NCBI GenBank assembly: GCA_965287045.1
Contig: OZ336890.1
Span: 17,980,001-18,044,000 of the forward strand
Direction: 5' to 3'
DNA: 64,000 nucleotides
Origin: Carcharhinus amblyrhynchos
Lineage: Eukaryota
Part shown: one piece after another, positions 1-12,700 of the stretch
Layout of the letters: every line of letters begins with the position of its first letter
Numbering within the stretch: the first letter of the stretch is position 1
The notes under the pieces: model-generated
Database searches by the model: none
The model's input: the letters and a program-made list of their open reading frames with translations, nothing else
Told to the model about the DNA's origin: nothing
Translations under genes and position numbers: made by a program

Positions 1-599
1 GATTATTCCATGTATCTATGACCAATTTTAACCTCTCTAACCTGAGCCCACACAAATCTCAATGCTAGATCCTAATTCACACAAAATCCTACTAATCCAT
101 CGTCACTATAACCTGTTGTCCTACATAATGTCCCAATCAATCAACACCTCAAATGTAAAATTTCCAGTCCATGTTCAAATCCCTCAAGGCCTCACCCCTC
201 CCTTTCTTAACTACTGGCTCTTAAACGGTTGAAAAATCTGTATTCGTGCCTCTTACGGATCCCCCAGTCCCTTCTATCTTCAGCCATCTGCACTAAAGAG
301 AGAAACATTTTATCAATTTGCTCACTGGATATCAACATCATTGGCAAAGCCTATTGCTTAGCCACTGACTGGTTTGTACAGTCATTTCAGAAAAGATAAC
401 AGTCACCAACATTGCTGTGGGCCTGGAGTCACGTGGAACAGATCAGGTCAGAGAAACAAATGCTTGCATTTGTGTAGCACCTTTTGCCTGGTCTCAAAGA
501 CCATAACAGCAAATGAAGTACTTTTGAAATGCATTGTGGAGAGGGGGCAGCCAATTTGAATACATCAGACCCTTCACCAACAGCACTGTGATAATGACT

Positions 600-855
600 A
601 TAACCTTTTTTCCCTGATGTTGACTGAGGAGTCAAGGCACTGAGGATTATTCCTCTGCTCTTCAGTGAAATAGAGGGATCATTTATATCCAGCTGAGGGG
701 GCAGGCTTGTCTCAGCTGAAAGGTAGCACCTACAACATCGCAGCACTCCACTGGTACTGCACTGAAGCCTCATCATCCATTTTTGTGCTCAATTTCTCGA
801 ATAGAGCTTGAGCCTCACAACATTCTGACTTAAAAGCCAGAGGGCCATAGCTAAT
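600..855 (-). mobile_element. Degraded Deu-domain tRNA-SINE (SacSINE1/AmnSINE-like)
   Basis: CAGCACTCCACTGGTACTGCACTGAAG...TTGTGCTCAA...CTTGAGCCTCACAACATTCTGACT is the reverse complement of a tRNA head plus Deu core; similar copies at ~32100-32345 and ~59270-59665. Confidence 0.55.
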
Positions 856-864
856 GCATTGGTA

Positions 865-1090
865 CAGACAGTGCACTTCCTTCCCTGAAAGGACATTAAT
901 GAACCAGATAAATCTTAATTACAATCTGATTGTTTCATGGCCTCTATCACTGAAGCTAGCTTTTTTATTTCAGACTGAATTAACTAAACTTCAATTTCCC
1001 AGTTGCCACAATAGAATTTGAACACAGTTCCCAAGCATTCATCAAGCCTTTGGAACAACTGACCCAGTAACACGGCCACTACACAACAGC
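865..1090 (-). mobile_element. Degraded tRNA-derived SINE (second family)
   Basis: TTCCTTCCCTGAAAGGACATTAATGAACCAGA...TTTGAACAC; a related copy is at 10790-11035. Confidence 0.5.
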
Positions 1091-1199
1091 TCCACTTGCA
1101 CTTATGTTTTCATGGCACTGGGACATCCCAAAGCATTTCAGAGCCAATGAAAGACTTTGGAAAGGTGGTTAGTGTTGTATAGTCAGAAAACGTAGCCAA

Positions 1200-1365
1200 C
1201 ATGGTGGCACAGTGGTTGGCACTGGTGCCTCACAACACCAGGGAACCAATTTCAATTTCTAGCTTAGGTCACTGCCTGCGTGGCAATTAGGGGATTTTCA
1301 TATCATAGCAGCTGCATTGCAGTATTAATACAAGTCTACTTGTGACACTAATAAATAAACTTAAA
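1200..1365 (+). mobile_element. HE1/V-SINE-like element, internally deleted, type-B tail
   Basis: TGGTGGCACAGTGGTTGGCACTG tRNA head joined almost directly to ...TACTTGTGACACTAATAAATAAAC tail. Confidence 0.65.
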
Positions 1366-2390
1366 CAACACTTTGTCTAAAAGGTGGCAGAAGCAAGAAT
1401 ACAAGAAATACTAAATTAAGAATTCTAATAGCTCTAAGCTCTAGAATCCAATCTTTAAAGCTTTTACTTTTTCCATGGTGTCAATATTTGTCTGATTTCA
1501 CTTCAGTTAAACACCTCTGGAGGCTTTCTACATTAAAAAAATTACACAGATGCAAAATGGTGTTGGTGTGAATATCTCTGACACATCCTACATCAAGTAG
1601 TGGGGGACATTTGCATTACTCTGACTGTGGCCTGTCAGTCATCAATACCATTATTGATGTCTCAGCCATCAGTCACAGAATCATTACTGCAGAGAAGGAG
1701 GCAATTCAGCCTATTGAATCCAAGCTGGCTCTCTATAGAGCAATCCAGTCAGCCCCACTCCATTGTCATAGCCCTGTAAATTTAAGTCCCTCAAGTGCAC
1801 ATCCAATTTTCTTTTGAAATTGATCATTTCAACTTGCACCCCCACCTCTTGACAATAAATTGCAAATTATCAACTTATAATTAGCAAACTGTCTAAAAGG
1901 AAATTGAATGGAAATCTACAAAAGGTAAATTAATCAGAATAAACAAGGATAGGAAAGTGACAGGCCGGAAGATTAACACATGCAGGAATGATTAGGGTGT
2001 TGGTTTGCAGGAAGGGTTGGGCAGTCAATGTGGCATCGCAAAATATTCCCAATACACCATGACACAACACAAAAGTCATCAGGAGAGATAAGGGTGAAAG
2101 TCATTTTAAGGTACCAGAAATGCTACATAGTACAAGGGAGAGAAACACTAAATCTGACATTGCTCCTTCATCAACATTTCATTGGGAAAGTTTTTTTTAT
2201 TGATTTGTAAAGTCCAACAGTTATCTTGTTGACCGTCCTTGCAATGCAACCCTGAAGTGAATGTTCCACGTCATTGTCATACAGGCTCCATAAAAGACAG
2301 ATTTGTCCATACCTTTGATTTAAGATTTTGCTTTTCGAAATCAATTGAAATTAGCCTGTCCTGAGACAGCCTTGTAGGACTGGTCTCACT

Positions 2391-2443
2391 GCAATACAAT
2401 ACAATGCGATGCAATGCAATACAATACAATGCAATGCAATGCA
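2391..2443. repeat. (CAATA/CAATG)n pentanucleotide microsatellite in the SLC39A11 intron
   Basis: GCAATACAATACAATGCGATGCAATGCAATACAATACAATGCAATGCAATGCA. Confidence 0.9.
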
Positions 2444-2470
2444 TTCAAAATCTGGTCCACAAATACTGAC

Positions 2471-2578
2471 CTGGCCTTGAGAGAAGATGAAAACCAGAGC
2501 AGCCCCGGCGGCGGTGAGCCCCCAGGTGAAGAAGGTGCCCAGGAGGCTCTGAAGGACGGGGCTCCAGCCCTGGATCAT
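2471..2578 (-). CDS. SLC39A11: Zinc transporter ZIP11, first coding exon (36 aa); the gene continues beyond the left edge of the window
   Basis: MIQGWSPVLQSLLGTFFTWGLTAAGAALVFIFSQGQ matches the ZIP11 N-terminus/TM1 (LLGTFFTWGxTAAGAALVF); ATG at 2578-2576; phase-0 donor CAG|GTCAGT at 2470; neighbours SSTR2 as in mammals. Confidence 0.93.
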
Positions 2579-2579
2579 T

Positions 2580-2860
2580 CTGTCTCTCACACAGCGCAGC
2601 CACTGCACTCATTCACTTCCTCATCCTCTGCCCACGTGTCTCTCCGGCAACATTCCAGGCGCCGCCCCCGCCGCGCTGGTTGGCTGGACCACCTGCACTC
2701 TGGCCCAATGGGAAGGCGGAAAGGGGAAACCCCAAGTCTGATTGGCTGTGCCGCCTGTCAATCAGAGCGCTGGCTGTCCTCTCGCGCGTCCTGTTGCATT
2801 TTGCAGCCCAGTGGAGGTCTGCAAGTAGCCACCTTAGTTCCGGGTTGGTGAACGCAGCCT
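2580..2860 (-). promoter_or_regulatory. SLC39A11: CpG-rich SLC39A11 promoter/5'UTR
   Basis: Local CpG enrichment; GC box CCGCCCCCGCC ~2662-2672; CCAAT 2705-2709 and ATTGG 2741-2745; E-box CACGTG 2633-2638; MRE cores TGCACTC 2604-2610 and 2694-2700; GGGGAAACCCC 2723-2733. Confidence 0.7.
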
Positions 2861-3789
2861 GAAAACAGAAAGGAAAGCATTATTTTTATTTTTTTTAAGA
2901 AATGAAACCAACTCATTATTACCACCAGACAGGCTGCATTCATTTTGCAGATGAAAAAATACGTTATTCAGGAATCTGCGAGAACAACCTCTCGTTTCTT
3001 TTCCACTTTCTCTCCATGCCCTCACTCAGCAGCTCACTTTCTTCACTTCCCTCGTTGTTGTTATTACCAATTTCCCAAGTTCTATGATTCTGACGTGAGA
3101 AACATTCCAAAATGACCATCGTACATAAAAAAAGAATATTCAGGTTCTTTACATACACCCAGTAACACTCTGAGATGCCTCAATGCAGTAAAGGAAAAGT
3201 TTCACTCATTTTACAATGGTCCTTACGAATGCTGCAGTTACTTTATAAGGCGTCTGCATAGAAAAAGTTGCACTCTGAGGTGCTTCGGTATAACTGAGTT
3301 CCGTGTAATATTCACTGGATTCGTTTTGCTGATTAACTCTGCACTGTAAATGTTGCTACTGTATTAATATTAAATTGATCCAAAGCTTTCTGCTTGTGTT
3401 GTCGCTGGTATCATCTTACAGTGCGACATATTAGTCTCATCATGCATTTTGGAAATCAGCAATAAGCATTAGGATGACTGAAATAAAATGCAGCAATTTT
3501 TTTTAAAATACCACAGCCTATTGGAATATAATCCAACATTAATTGAATCACAGGGAATTTGCATCACAAAGCACGAGGTAAATTATTCTGCTGCTGTTTG
3601 CATAGTTTATTAAATTACAGGCTTGGGTACTCTGAGTGCCCTCAGCTGGATTAAGTTCTAAGTATGATTTAATAAATGGTTGACTCGTTTTGCATCTAGC
3701 TCCTTGACATTTTTCCCCAACTATCAACCAGAAATCTGTGAATGCATATGTGCTCCGCAGCTGGATTTGCTCCAACGTTGTGGCTAAGT

Positions 3790-4095
3790 TCATAGAATCC
3801 CTACAGTGCAGAAGGAAGCCATTTGGCCCATTGAGCCTGCGCTGACAACAATCCTGCCCAGGCCCAATCCCCACAACTCCACATATGCAACCCACTAATC
3901 CCACTGACAGTAATGGGCAATTTAGCACGTCCAATCAACCTAACCATAATATCTTTGAACTGTGGGAGGGAACTGGAGCACCCGGAGGAAACCCATGCAG
4001 ACATGGGGAGAACATGCAAACTCCATACAGTCACCCAAGCTTGGAATTGAATTCAAGTCCTGGCGTTGTGAGGCAGCAGTGTTAACCTTCTGCCA
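3790..4095 (-). mobile_element. HE1/V-SINE-like element with CR1-type tail (type A)
   Basis: CATAGAATCCCTACAGTGCAGAAGG tail; GGAGCACCCGGAGGAAACCCA V-domain; TGTGAGGCAGCAGTG head. Confidence 0.8.
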
Positions 4096-4099
4096 CTCA

Positions 4100-4770
4100 T
4101 GTCACCCTCTCTTTCCTCCATTAAGATGCTGTTTAAAAATCAATCTGGTCAAACATTTGGTGATACATCCCAATGTCATTTTTTTTGGTTTGTTACTAGT
4201 TTTTTTGTTGGGGAACGCTCCCATGAAATGCCTCAGGACATTTGACAATGATAAACGCACTTTACAAATACAGGTTCTTGCTTTTGGATAACACTAATTT
4301 ATAAGCACCAGCAGTACTGTGCATTTATGTAGTGCTTTCAGAGGAAGACCCAACACAAGATGATTCACAGAAGTGTAATCACCACCAGGCAAAAAAAAGA
4401 TGGCGGTGAGGGTTAGGAAAGGAATTTTCGAGCTTAGGGTCGAACTAGCTTGAAAGAGTGAACTGAAAGGAGAGTGGGGGGTGTCATAAAATGCCAGAAT
4501 TGGGAGAAGGAAGAGATCGCAGAGGGTTTGAAAAGTAGAGAACTGTGAATGTTGTAGTGTTGGAGTCATTTACAGAGCTAGGGAGGAACTAGCAGAGAAT
4601 AGGTTAAAGGCTGCCGAGTTTCAGGTCAGCTGAAGTTTGCAAAGGACGAGAATTGAAGGTTTACTGAGAGAGATTTAGAATGGATAATATTTCAGCAACA
4701 AATGGATTGAAGTAGGGTCAGAAGAGGGCATTGTTACTGAGGTGGAAGTAGGCAGTGTCTCTGATGGATG
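4100..4770. mobile_element. Degraded L2-like LINE fragments
   Basis: L2-like 3' end (ATGAAATGCCTCAGGACATT...GCACTTTACAAATACAGGTT) followed by a purine-rich antisense fragment. Confidence 0.4.
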
Positions 4771-5642
4771 TTAGCTTGTGGAGTGGGGGCAGGGCTAGAT
4801 TGCTGGTGAGCGCATAGCAAAAATATAAACTATTCTGTTCTGTTTATTGATGCCTTCTCATTATTTCATTTTAAATTTTGGTGCACAGTGGACTAAGCTT
4901 CCATCTCTAGCATTAGGCTGGAACAGAGGGAGTGCTACAGAGTTGCATTTCTCTCTGCCAAAGCTGCCTGCTACTCAAGAAGGCTATTGTACATCAGAGC
5001 TGTCCTGAAGCTTATCTTCTCCGCCACAAACTGTCTTGTTATTTCCCTCTATCTTGGCCCCTGCTGCCTCACGTCCTATAATAGGGTTGAGTGCTTCGTA
5101 AAGTTCAGCATCATGATGACTGTGACCATCTGCTCAGTTTCCTCTCATGATTCCATCTTTCCTCAAAATAAGCCACCCTGCCCCCACTCTGGCTCCCCTG
5201 CCTGACCTCAAGCTGACCTCTCTTGTTTCTTTTCCACTTTCTTCCCATGCCCTCTCTCAGCTCACTTTCGTCACCACCACCTCGTTACTGTTATTACCAA
5301 TTTCCCACTAAACTGATGACAACTTAACAACTTCCCTTTCTGACCACCCTGGTGATTTCCATTGTAAGTATTCCCTTTTTCTCAGCTCCCGTTCCCCACC
5401 TTTCTTCACCTTTCCCTCAAAAACTACCCTCAGCCCATCTGTCCTTGTAAACTGCCAACTCATCTCCAAGTCCCTTTTCTTCCCCTCCAGGGCCTTTGTT
5501 GGATTGCTGCCTCCAATATCTGTGCACAGCTTTACTGGTAGCTCCATGTTTAAATTGCTGCAGCCAGGTTTGTGGGTTTGCCACAGGATTGAAATAACCC
5601 TGATCAGATTCACAAATGAGATTCTGTGTGATTATGGCCACG

Positions 5643-5985
5643 ATGATTGAATCCCTTCAGTGCAGAAGGAGGCCATTCGGCCCATTGAGCCTTCACTGGA
5701 TCTCTGACAGAGCATTCCACCCAGGCCCTTCCCCATAACCCTACATATTTACCCCACCATTCACCCGAACATACAAATCTGGGACACCAAGGGGCAATTT
5801 AGCATGGCAAATCAACCTAACCTGCACATCTTTAGAGGGGAAGAAACCGGATCACCCAAAGGAAACCCACGCAGACACAGGGAGAACGTGCAAACCCCAC
5901 GCAGACAGTGACCCAAGATTGGAATTAAATTTAAATACCTGGCACTGTGAGGTAGCAGTGCTAACCACTGTGCCACCATGTCACC
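5643..5985 (-). mobile_element. HE1/V-SINE-like element, type A
   Basis: Same tail, V-domain and head as 3790-4095. Confidence 0.8.
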
Positions 5986-6214
5986 CTGATGTACAATTGC
6001 TCCTTGTCCTCTTCAACATCTCTGCAGATCCTCCTCCTCTGATGGCTCTTCACCATTTCCCCCCTCAGTGGACTTTCTCTCACTTGCTTTTATATTTTCC
6101 CAGCTAATAATAGGCAGACCCTGTCCACAAATGCCATCTCCTTCCATTGCCACACTATTGTCTGCAGAACCCTCCATGGATTGAGCCTTGGCCCTGTCCA
6201 CTTCCTCATATAAT

Positions 6215-6530
6215 CATTGAATCATAGAATCCCAACAGAGCAGAAGGAGGCCATTTGGCCCATTGAGTCTGCAGCAACAACAATCCCACCTAGGCCTTAC
6301 CCCAGTAACTTGGCAACTAATCCCTCTAACCTATGCATCCCAGGACAATAACAGGCAATTTAGCATGGCCAATGGACCTAAACTGTGCACCTTTGGACTA
6401 TGGGAGGAAACCCAGGCAGACTTGGGGAGAATGTGCAAACTCCATGCAGACAGTGACCCAAGTCAGGAATCGATCCCTGGTCCCTGGAACTGTGAGGCAG
6501 CAGTGCTAACTACTGTGCTGTCGTGCCACC
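6215..6530 (-). mobile_element. HE1/V-SINE-like element, type A
   Basis: ATCATAGAATCCC...GTGAGGCAGCAGTGCTAACTACTGTGC. Confidence 0.8.
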
Positions 6531-8384
6531 ATAAATGTTGTCCTTTGGTGAAATCTGCAGTTATGGGGTCAGTTTCTACAGGAACATTGACAACATGCAC
6601 TCCCGTGGCCCTCTTAACTCCTCCATTGCTTCTACATTGTCAGATTTTTTTGCCTGATATATCAGGCTTGGCAAGTTATAATTTCCTCTGCCCTCTTGCC
6701 TAGCCATTGCCTTTAGCTGAAAAAGTCTGTCCAAATCTTTGCCATCCTATTCCACCCAAGCAGAGCTTCTGCACTCATTATGCTCTCCAGTCCAAAAAGC
6801 ACCGACTTCCATCTCCACAACATCATCTGCCAATGCTTCCCATCCATCTGTTGCTTTTCCTCCTGCAATTTAAGCAGCACCCCACATTCCTTTGCCCATG
6901 ATTGATAGTGTTACCATCCCAGCTGATGTCACTACTGGACAGTCAGATCCCAGGGTGGAATCCTGGCTCAGTAGACCGTAACACTTACTTTTTGTTGAGA
7001 GACTTGGTGGACAGAGTCACAGGACTACACTAATGTTAACAAAAGAATAAAACATTTATTAAACATGAAAAGGTTAACTATAATAACATATTCCTTCACC
7101 CACCGATGTCTACCAAATGTACGTAGAAAACACTAATTACACAATATATCTTATACCACAATGCTCTCAGGAAGCATGTAGTCCATGTAAAACAATAGGC
7201 CAACTGTGGCCAGACACATCACTCTCTGAAACCAATTGGTAAATGCCACCCCATACAACTTCTGTGGATTTCTCATCAAATCCCCCCAGATGCTTGGTCC
7301 TTACTCCATTGTCCTGCCTGTCTGATAGCAGTTTCTATGAGAACTGCTGTCTTCTCAGATGCCTAGTTCCAAATGAACCACAAGTGGTTATGCTTTTCAC
7401 TGTGAGCCTCTAGTTGCTTAGCGACAGTGTAGTTTTTCCTTTAACCTTGTTTGTTTGCCTACCTTGTTTGCCTACAATGAAGGCATAATTCAAAATGAAA
7501 CCAAAACCCACAGACGTGCAGGCACCTTTGTTTAACATGAAGCTAAGTAAAGTTTTAACCCTATTTTACACACACAAAATAAAACTCACTTAAAGCATTG
7601 TTCGAATACACACAAATATAAAAATAGATTATTTAAAATCATCTCTGTTTCCTGACAACAGCCATGCCTTAAGCTAACCAGGCCCCATGATCCAGAATCC
7701 CTTGCCTTGGTCTGTAAATCTCCTCCTTTAAGATCACGCTTAAGAAATACATTATGACCAAGTTTCCTGCCATTCCCATTCAAAGCTCTTTGTTTGGCTC
7801 AATGCCATTTGCTTCTGATTATACCTCTAAAGCACTTTGGTGCATTTTCCTACTTTAAAGGCTTTGAAGAAATGCAGGTTATTGTTGTTGTAGCAGGAGA
7901 CATTTTTCCTTGACCTGTTTCTCCCCAGCCCCTTCAGATCACATAGATGGGATCATGAACTAACTGTACACGGAATCAAAGATTTAGTGTGATATAAAGC
8001 AGAAAAACTGCAGCTGCTGGAAATCTGAAATATAAGCAGAATGTCCTGGAAGTACTCACCAATGTCAGTCAAAATCCATTCAGGGGATGCAGACATCAAT
8101 AGCACTCAAGCGTTTATTGTCCATGCCCATTTACCCTTAAGAAGGAACAGATAAGTTACAGTGTCAGGGTCTGTTTCATAATCCCTCCTTCATTTTGTGC
8201 CTTTTCATTAACTCAAGTGTTATTACTGCAAGGCAAAATTACTGCAACTGGTTAAAACCATGCTGTGGATTATGTTAGTTGCTGTGCAAAGCGCACAGAT
8301 GATGCATCATGATATATATTGGACAGAGTTAATACAGACACAACAGTAACTCATGTCTTTAGCCAATATTGGAAAATAATAATC

Positions 8385-8700
8385 ATAGAATAATAGAATC
8401 ATAGAATTCCTACAGTGTGAAAAGAAGCCATTTGGCCCATCAAGCCTGCACCAACAAAAATCCTATCCAAGCCCTGTACCTATAACAACTTGTATTTGCC
8501 CTGTTAATCCTCCAACACTGAAGGTCAATTTAACGTGGCTAATCAACCTAACCCGTACATCTTTGCAGTATGGGAAGAAACTGGAGCACCCAGAGGAAAC
8601 CCATGCAGACACGGGGAGAATGCATGCAAACCTTATACAGAGAATTGCCTGAGGCAGAATTGAATCTGGGTCCCTGGTGCTGTTAGGCAAAAGTGCTAAC
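8385..8700 (-). mobile_element. HE1/V-SINE-like element, type A
   Basis: (ATCATAGA)n tail; CTGGAGCACCCAGAGGAAACCCA. Confidence 0.8.
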
Positions 8701-9469
8701 CAGGAATAATTGGGAATATTGGTGCCTCTGAAGGATATTGAGGGTTTTTTCCCCTACATTAAAGGTGTTAAATAAATGTAAGTTTATGTGGTAGAAACAC
8801 CTCTGTTTGGCATCCATCACTCCAGCTCCTTTGGATCACTCACATGCAATCATTAACTAATCATAAAATATCAAAGACTTGGTCTGATATCAGTGTAAAA
8901 CAGAAAATCTGCAGCTGCAGAATAATTCAAATGTGAAGATAAAATGTGGATGATGTGAAGTGGAAGAGAGAGGCTGCTCACAAAACGTTTTCATCAGAAT
9001 GTACATTTATGGACATACACACAGCTACAGTTCACTGCTGCTTCTCTTCCAGGAATACCTACCCTGAATGAGTACTTTTCTTCTCACCAACAGGATTTCC
9101 GTTTGTCTCTTTCGCCCTGTCCACCTTCATTGTTTTCCATTTCCTTCCCAGTGTTTGACAAGGTGTTAAACAAGCTCACTTCCAAAGCCATATTTCCTGC
9201 CTCAGCAATTGTGTCCATCTCCAATATTCTCCACATGGATTCCAATTCAGGTTCCACTCCTGATGTTTCAAATCCACCTACGATTATTCATTTTTCCGTC
9301 CCCTTATTTTATCCCGCCTCCCATCATTTTTTCCCTTATCAATGCGTTCCCTCCTCACACTACATGAGGGTCTCAGGTTGTCTTTTGACACACTGCTTAC
9401 CTTTGTTCTTCCATTAACACATTCTGATCTCTTTATCAGCAGCTATCAGCGCCCTTCTAAGCCATGATT

Positions 9470-10580
9470 ACAAAGAATAAAGAACAAAGAAAATTACACC
9501 TCAGGAACCGGCCCTTCAGCCCTCCAGGCCTGCATTAATCATGCTGCCTGGCTGAACTAAAACCCTCTATCCTTTTGGGGACCATATCCCTCTATTCCCA
9601 TCCTATTCATGTATTTGTCAAGGCGCCGCTTAAAACTCACTATTGTATCTGCTTCCACGACCTCCCGCAGCAGTGAGTTCCAGGCACCCACCACTCTGTG
9701 TAAAAAATCTGCCTCGTACATCTCCTTTAAACCTTGCCCCTCGCACCTTAAACCTGTGCCCCTGAGTAATTGACTCTTTCACCCTAGGAAAAAGCTTTTG
9801 ACTATCCACTCCGTCCATGCCTGTCATAATCTTGTAGACTTCTATCAGGTCACCCCTCAACCTCTGTCATTCCAGAGAGAAAAAAAGAAGTTTCTCCAAC
9901 CTCTCCTCATAACTAACGCCCTCTGTACCAGGCAATATCTTGATAAATCTTTTCTGCACCCTCTCCAAAGCCTCCACATCCTTCTGGTAGTGTGGCGACC
10001 AGAACTGAACACTATATTCCAAGTGCAGCCTAACTAAGGTGCAACATGATTTGCCAATTTTTAAACTCAGTGCCCTGGCTGATGGAGGCAAGCATGCCGT
10101 ATGCCTTCTTGATGACCTTCTCCACCTGTGTTGCAACTTTCAGTGATCTGTGTACCTGTACACCCAGATCCCTCTACCTATCGATACTACAAAGGGCTCT
10201 GTCATTCATTGTATATTTCCTATCAGTATTAGGCCTTGCAAAATACATCACCTTACATTTATCTGGATTAAATTCCATCCACCATCTCTCTGCCCAAGTT
10301 TCCAACTGTTCTATATCCTGCTGTATCCTCTGATGGTCCTCAAATCCACCAACCTTTGTGTCGTCTGCAAACTTACTAATCAAACCAATTACACTTTCCT
10401 CCAGATCATGTATATATATTACAAACAGCAAAGGCCCCAGCACTGATTCCTGAGGAACGCCACTAGTCACAGCCCTCCATGTAGAAACGCATCCTTCCAC
10501 TGCTACCCTCTGTCACCTATGACCAAGCTACTTCTGTAGCATCTTGCCAGCTCCTCTCTGATCCCACATGATTTCACCTG
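9470..10580 (-). mobile_element. CR1 LINE, 5'-truncated, frameshifted ORF2 (RT and C-terminus)
   Basis: ORF pieces [43 protein letters not shown] and RGDLIEVYKIM; (TTCTTTG)n-type tail at ~9472-9490. Confidence 0.92.
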
Positions 10581-10789
10581 TTTGATTTGACTTATTATCG
10601 TCACATATGTTAACAATACTAAATCAAATCAAATCAAATCATTGCTGCAAAATCTAAATTCTCCCTCAGTGTACCTGAACAGGCACTGGAGTGTGATGAC
10701 TAGGGGATTCTCACAGTAACTTAATTGCTGTGTTAACATAAGCCTACTTGAGACTAATAAATAAACTTGTAAAATATGCAGGCCAGGCC

Positions 10790-11035
10790 AGGCCAGGAGG
10801 ACAGATTTCCTTCACTGAAGTACAGTATTAAGCCAGATGAGTTTTTACAATAACCGCTGACAGCTGTCATGGCCACCATTACTGAAACCAACTTTATACT
10901 CCAGATTTATTCCTTTGAATGACTAACTGAATTAAAATTCCACTAGCCATCCCAGTGGGATTGGAATCCATGTCCCCAGAGCATTAGTCTGGGGTATCTG
11001 GATTATTAGCCCAGTGATAGCTCCAGCACTTCCAC
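10790..11035 (-). mobile_element. Degraded tRNA-derived SINE (same family as 865-1090)
   Basis: ACAGATTTCCTTC...GGGATTGGAATCCATGTCCCCAGAGCATTAG...GGATTATTAGCCCAGTGA. Confidence 0.55.
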
Positions 11036-11235
11036 AAACCAATTCCCCCAGTCTGCCCATTATGGTGACCAAAATAACTCTTCTTAACTAGAAGATCATC
11101 AGAGCGGGAAATGCTCTGGTCAGCAATGGGAATGGAAGCAGAAACCATTGGGGTGTTTAAAAAGGAATGGAAGTGGATACTAAAAAGGGAAAATATCTCG
11201 GAAGGGAGGATAGGTATGAATGGAAAATTATTTTA

Positions 11236-11372
11236 AAAGTTTATTTATTAGTTACAAATAAGCTTGCATTAACACTGCAATGAAATTACTGTGACAGCCC
11301 CCGAGTCGCCACACTCGGGCTCCTGCTCAGGTACACTGAGGGAAAATTTAGCACGGCCAATCCACCTAACTT
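11236..11372 (-). mobile_element. V-SINE type-B 3' fragment
   Basis: AAAGTTTATTTATTAG...AACACTGCAATGAAATTACTGTG...GGTACACTGAGGG. Confidence 0.7.
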
Positions 11373-12700
11373 TGAATCTTGGAGAATCTGCAGATGAAAA
11401 CAATATATGGTCTATAATATGGAGGAAGGTATGTGGATCACCATTGGGTTCTTGCGCGAAATGCAATGAAGTGATGATATAACGTGGCCTGCTTTGAATT
11501 GTTTAATTCTGTTGAGGAATTTAAAAAACTTAAAAGGATGATCAGTGGGGGAAGGGTAGGGGAGTAATGAGAGTTGGGCGTTAATAAAATCGCTGATATT
11601 GCTGGAATAGTGTTTAGAAGGGAATGAGAAATCTGCTGCAGGAAAACACGGAAGATCGAAAGGAGATCTGGATCAGATCGCAAATTGCAATCATTATTGG
11701 GAGTGTAGAGAAATTAAAACGGTGCTTAAAAACATTATTTAAATCTCAGATTCGACAATGGTTATTTGCAGCCTCTAAGATTTATTAAGGTCCTTGTGTG
11801 TGCCCGGACCAAATTCACTGCTAATGCGATTTCTGAGTTTATTATTGAATGACACTGGGGAAACGTGAGGTTTTTTTAAAAAGACAAATTCCAGTCTAAA
11901 TCCAATCACCATTAAAGACAGAGAGAGATGCAAGGACTTTGGTTCGTGGCGATTACAATTGGGAATGCTGCCTTTCTGGTGGAGCCGAGGCGATCCCGTC
12001 TTGTCTAGAAATGTAACACGGAAAGCGGAGTGGACTGTCGCTGTTTTTAATCTCTCTCCTGCTATTCTTGCTGCTGTCAATGAGAATCTAAAGACTGAAC
12101 ATTGTAATGAGTATCCGTTAGCCGGTTTGGGAATAACCATAATTCGTAATCAACCCCTCTCTGGGGGACTGCAAGTTATGCTTTCAAAAAATATAAAGTG
12201 GACATTACCTTTGTTTAGGTTTAGGCTCCTGAGGATCTGTCAAGTCCATGGATATAACATATGCAATCCGAAAAAGGCTGTGGATGAAACCTATTGTTTT
12301 TCTTAAAAATCCCATTGCGACCCTTCTCCAGAACATGGTTTAAAAAAAAAGACTAATCTTTTCCAGCCTGGAAGTCAACCCGCCACCTTTTGAAAGGGTA
12401 GTTCCTTTAACAAGAAAGTGAATCGAGATGGAAAACGGTTTTAAGAGTGAGAGCGTTTCACTTTGTGTGTCCCACATGTGGGCCAGTGGTTCTCTGCACA
12501 AGAGTGTTTTACAGCGGAAAGTGCAACATGAGGGAACCAGATCCGCAAACAAGTTCAAACTCAAGCCGGCAAGAAGGTGAGGAGAGAGGATAGCTTGACC
12601 TGAGGCAGGTTGTGTATTTAATATATTGACTGTTGTTGCTGGGGGAAGGGGGTGGTGGTCAAAACTTTCAACAGAGGAGCCTCTGACAGCAGAAGTAACA

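Noticed and set aside
2351-2608. 85-aa ORF as a full protein with a Cys-rich tail
   Set aside because: Only 2471-2578 is ZIP11. The CIALHCIV tail is the translated intronic microsatellite beyond the splice donor.
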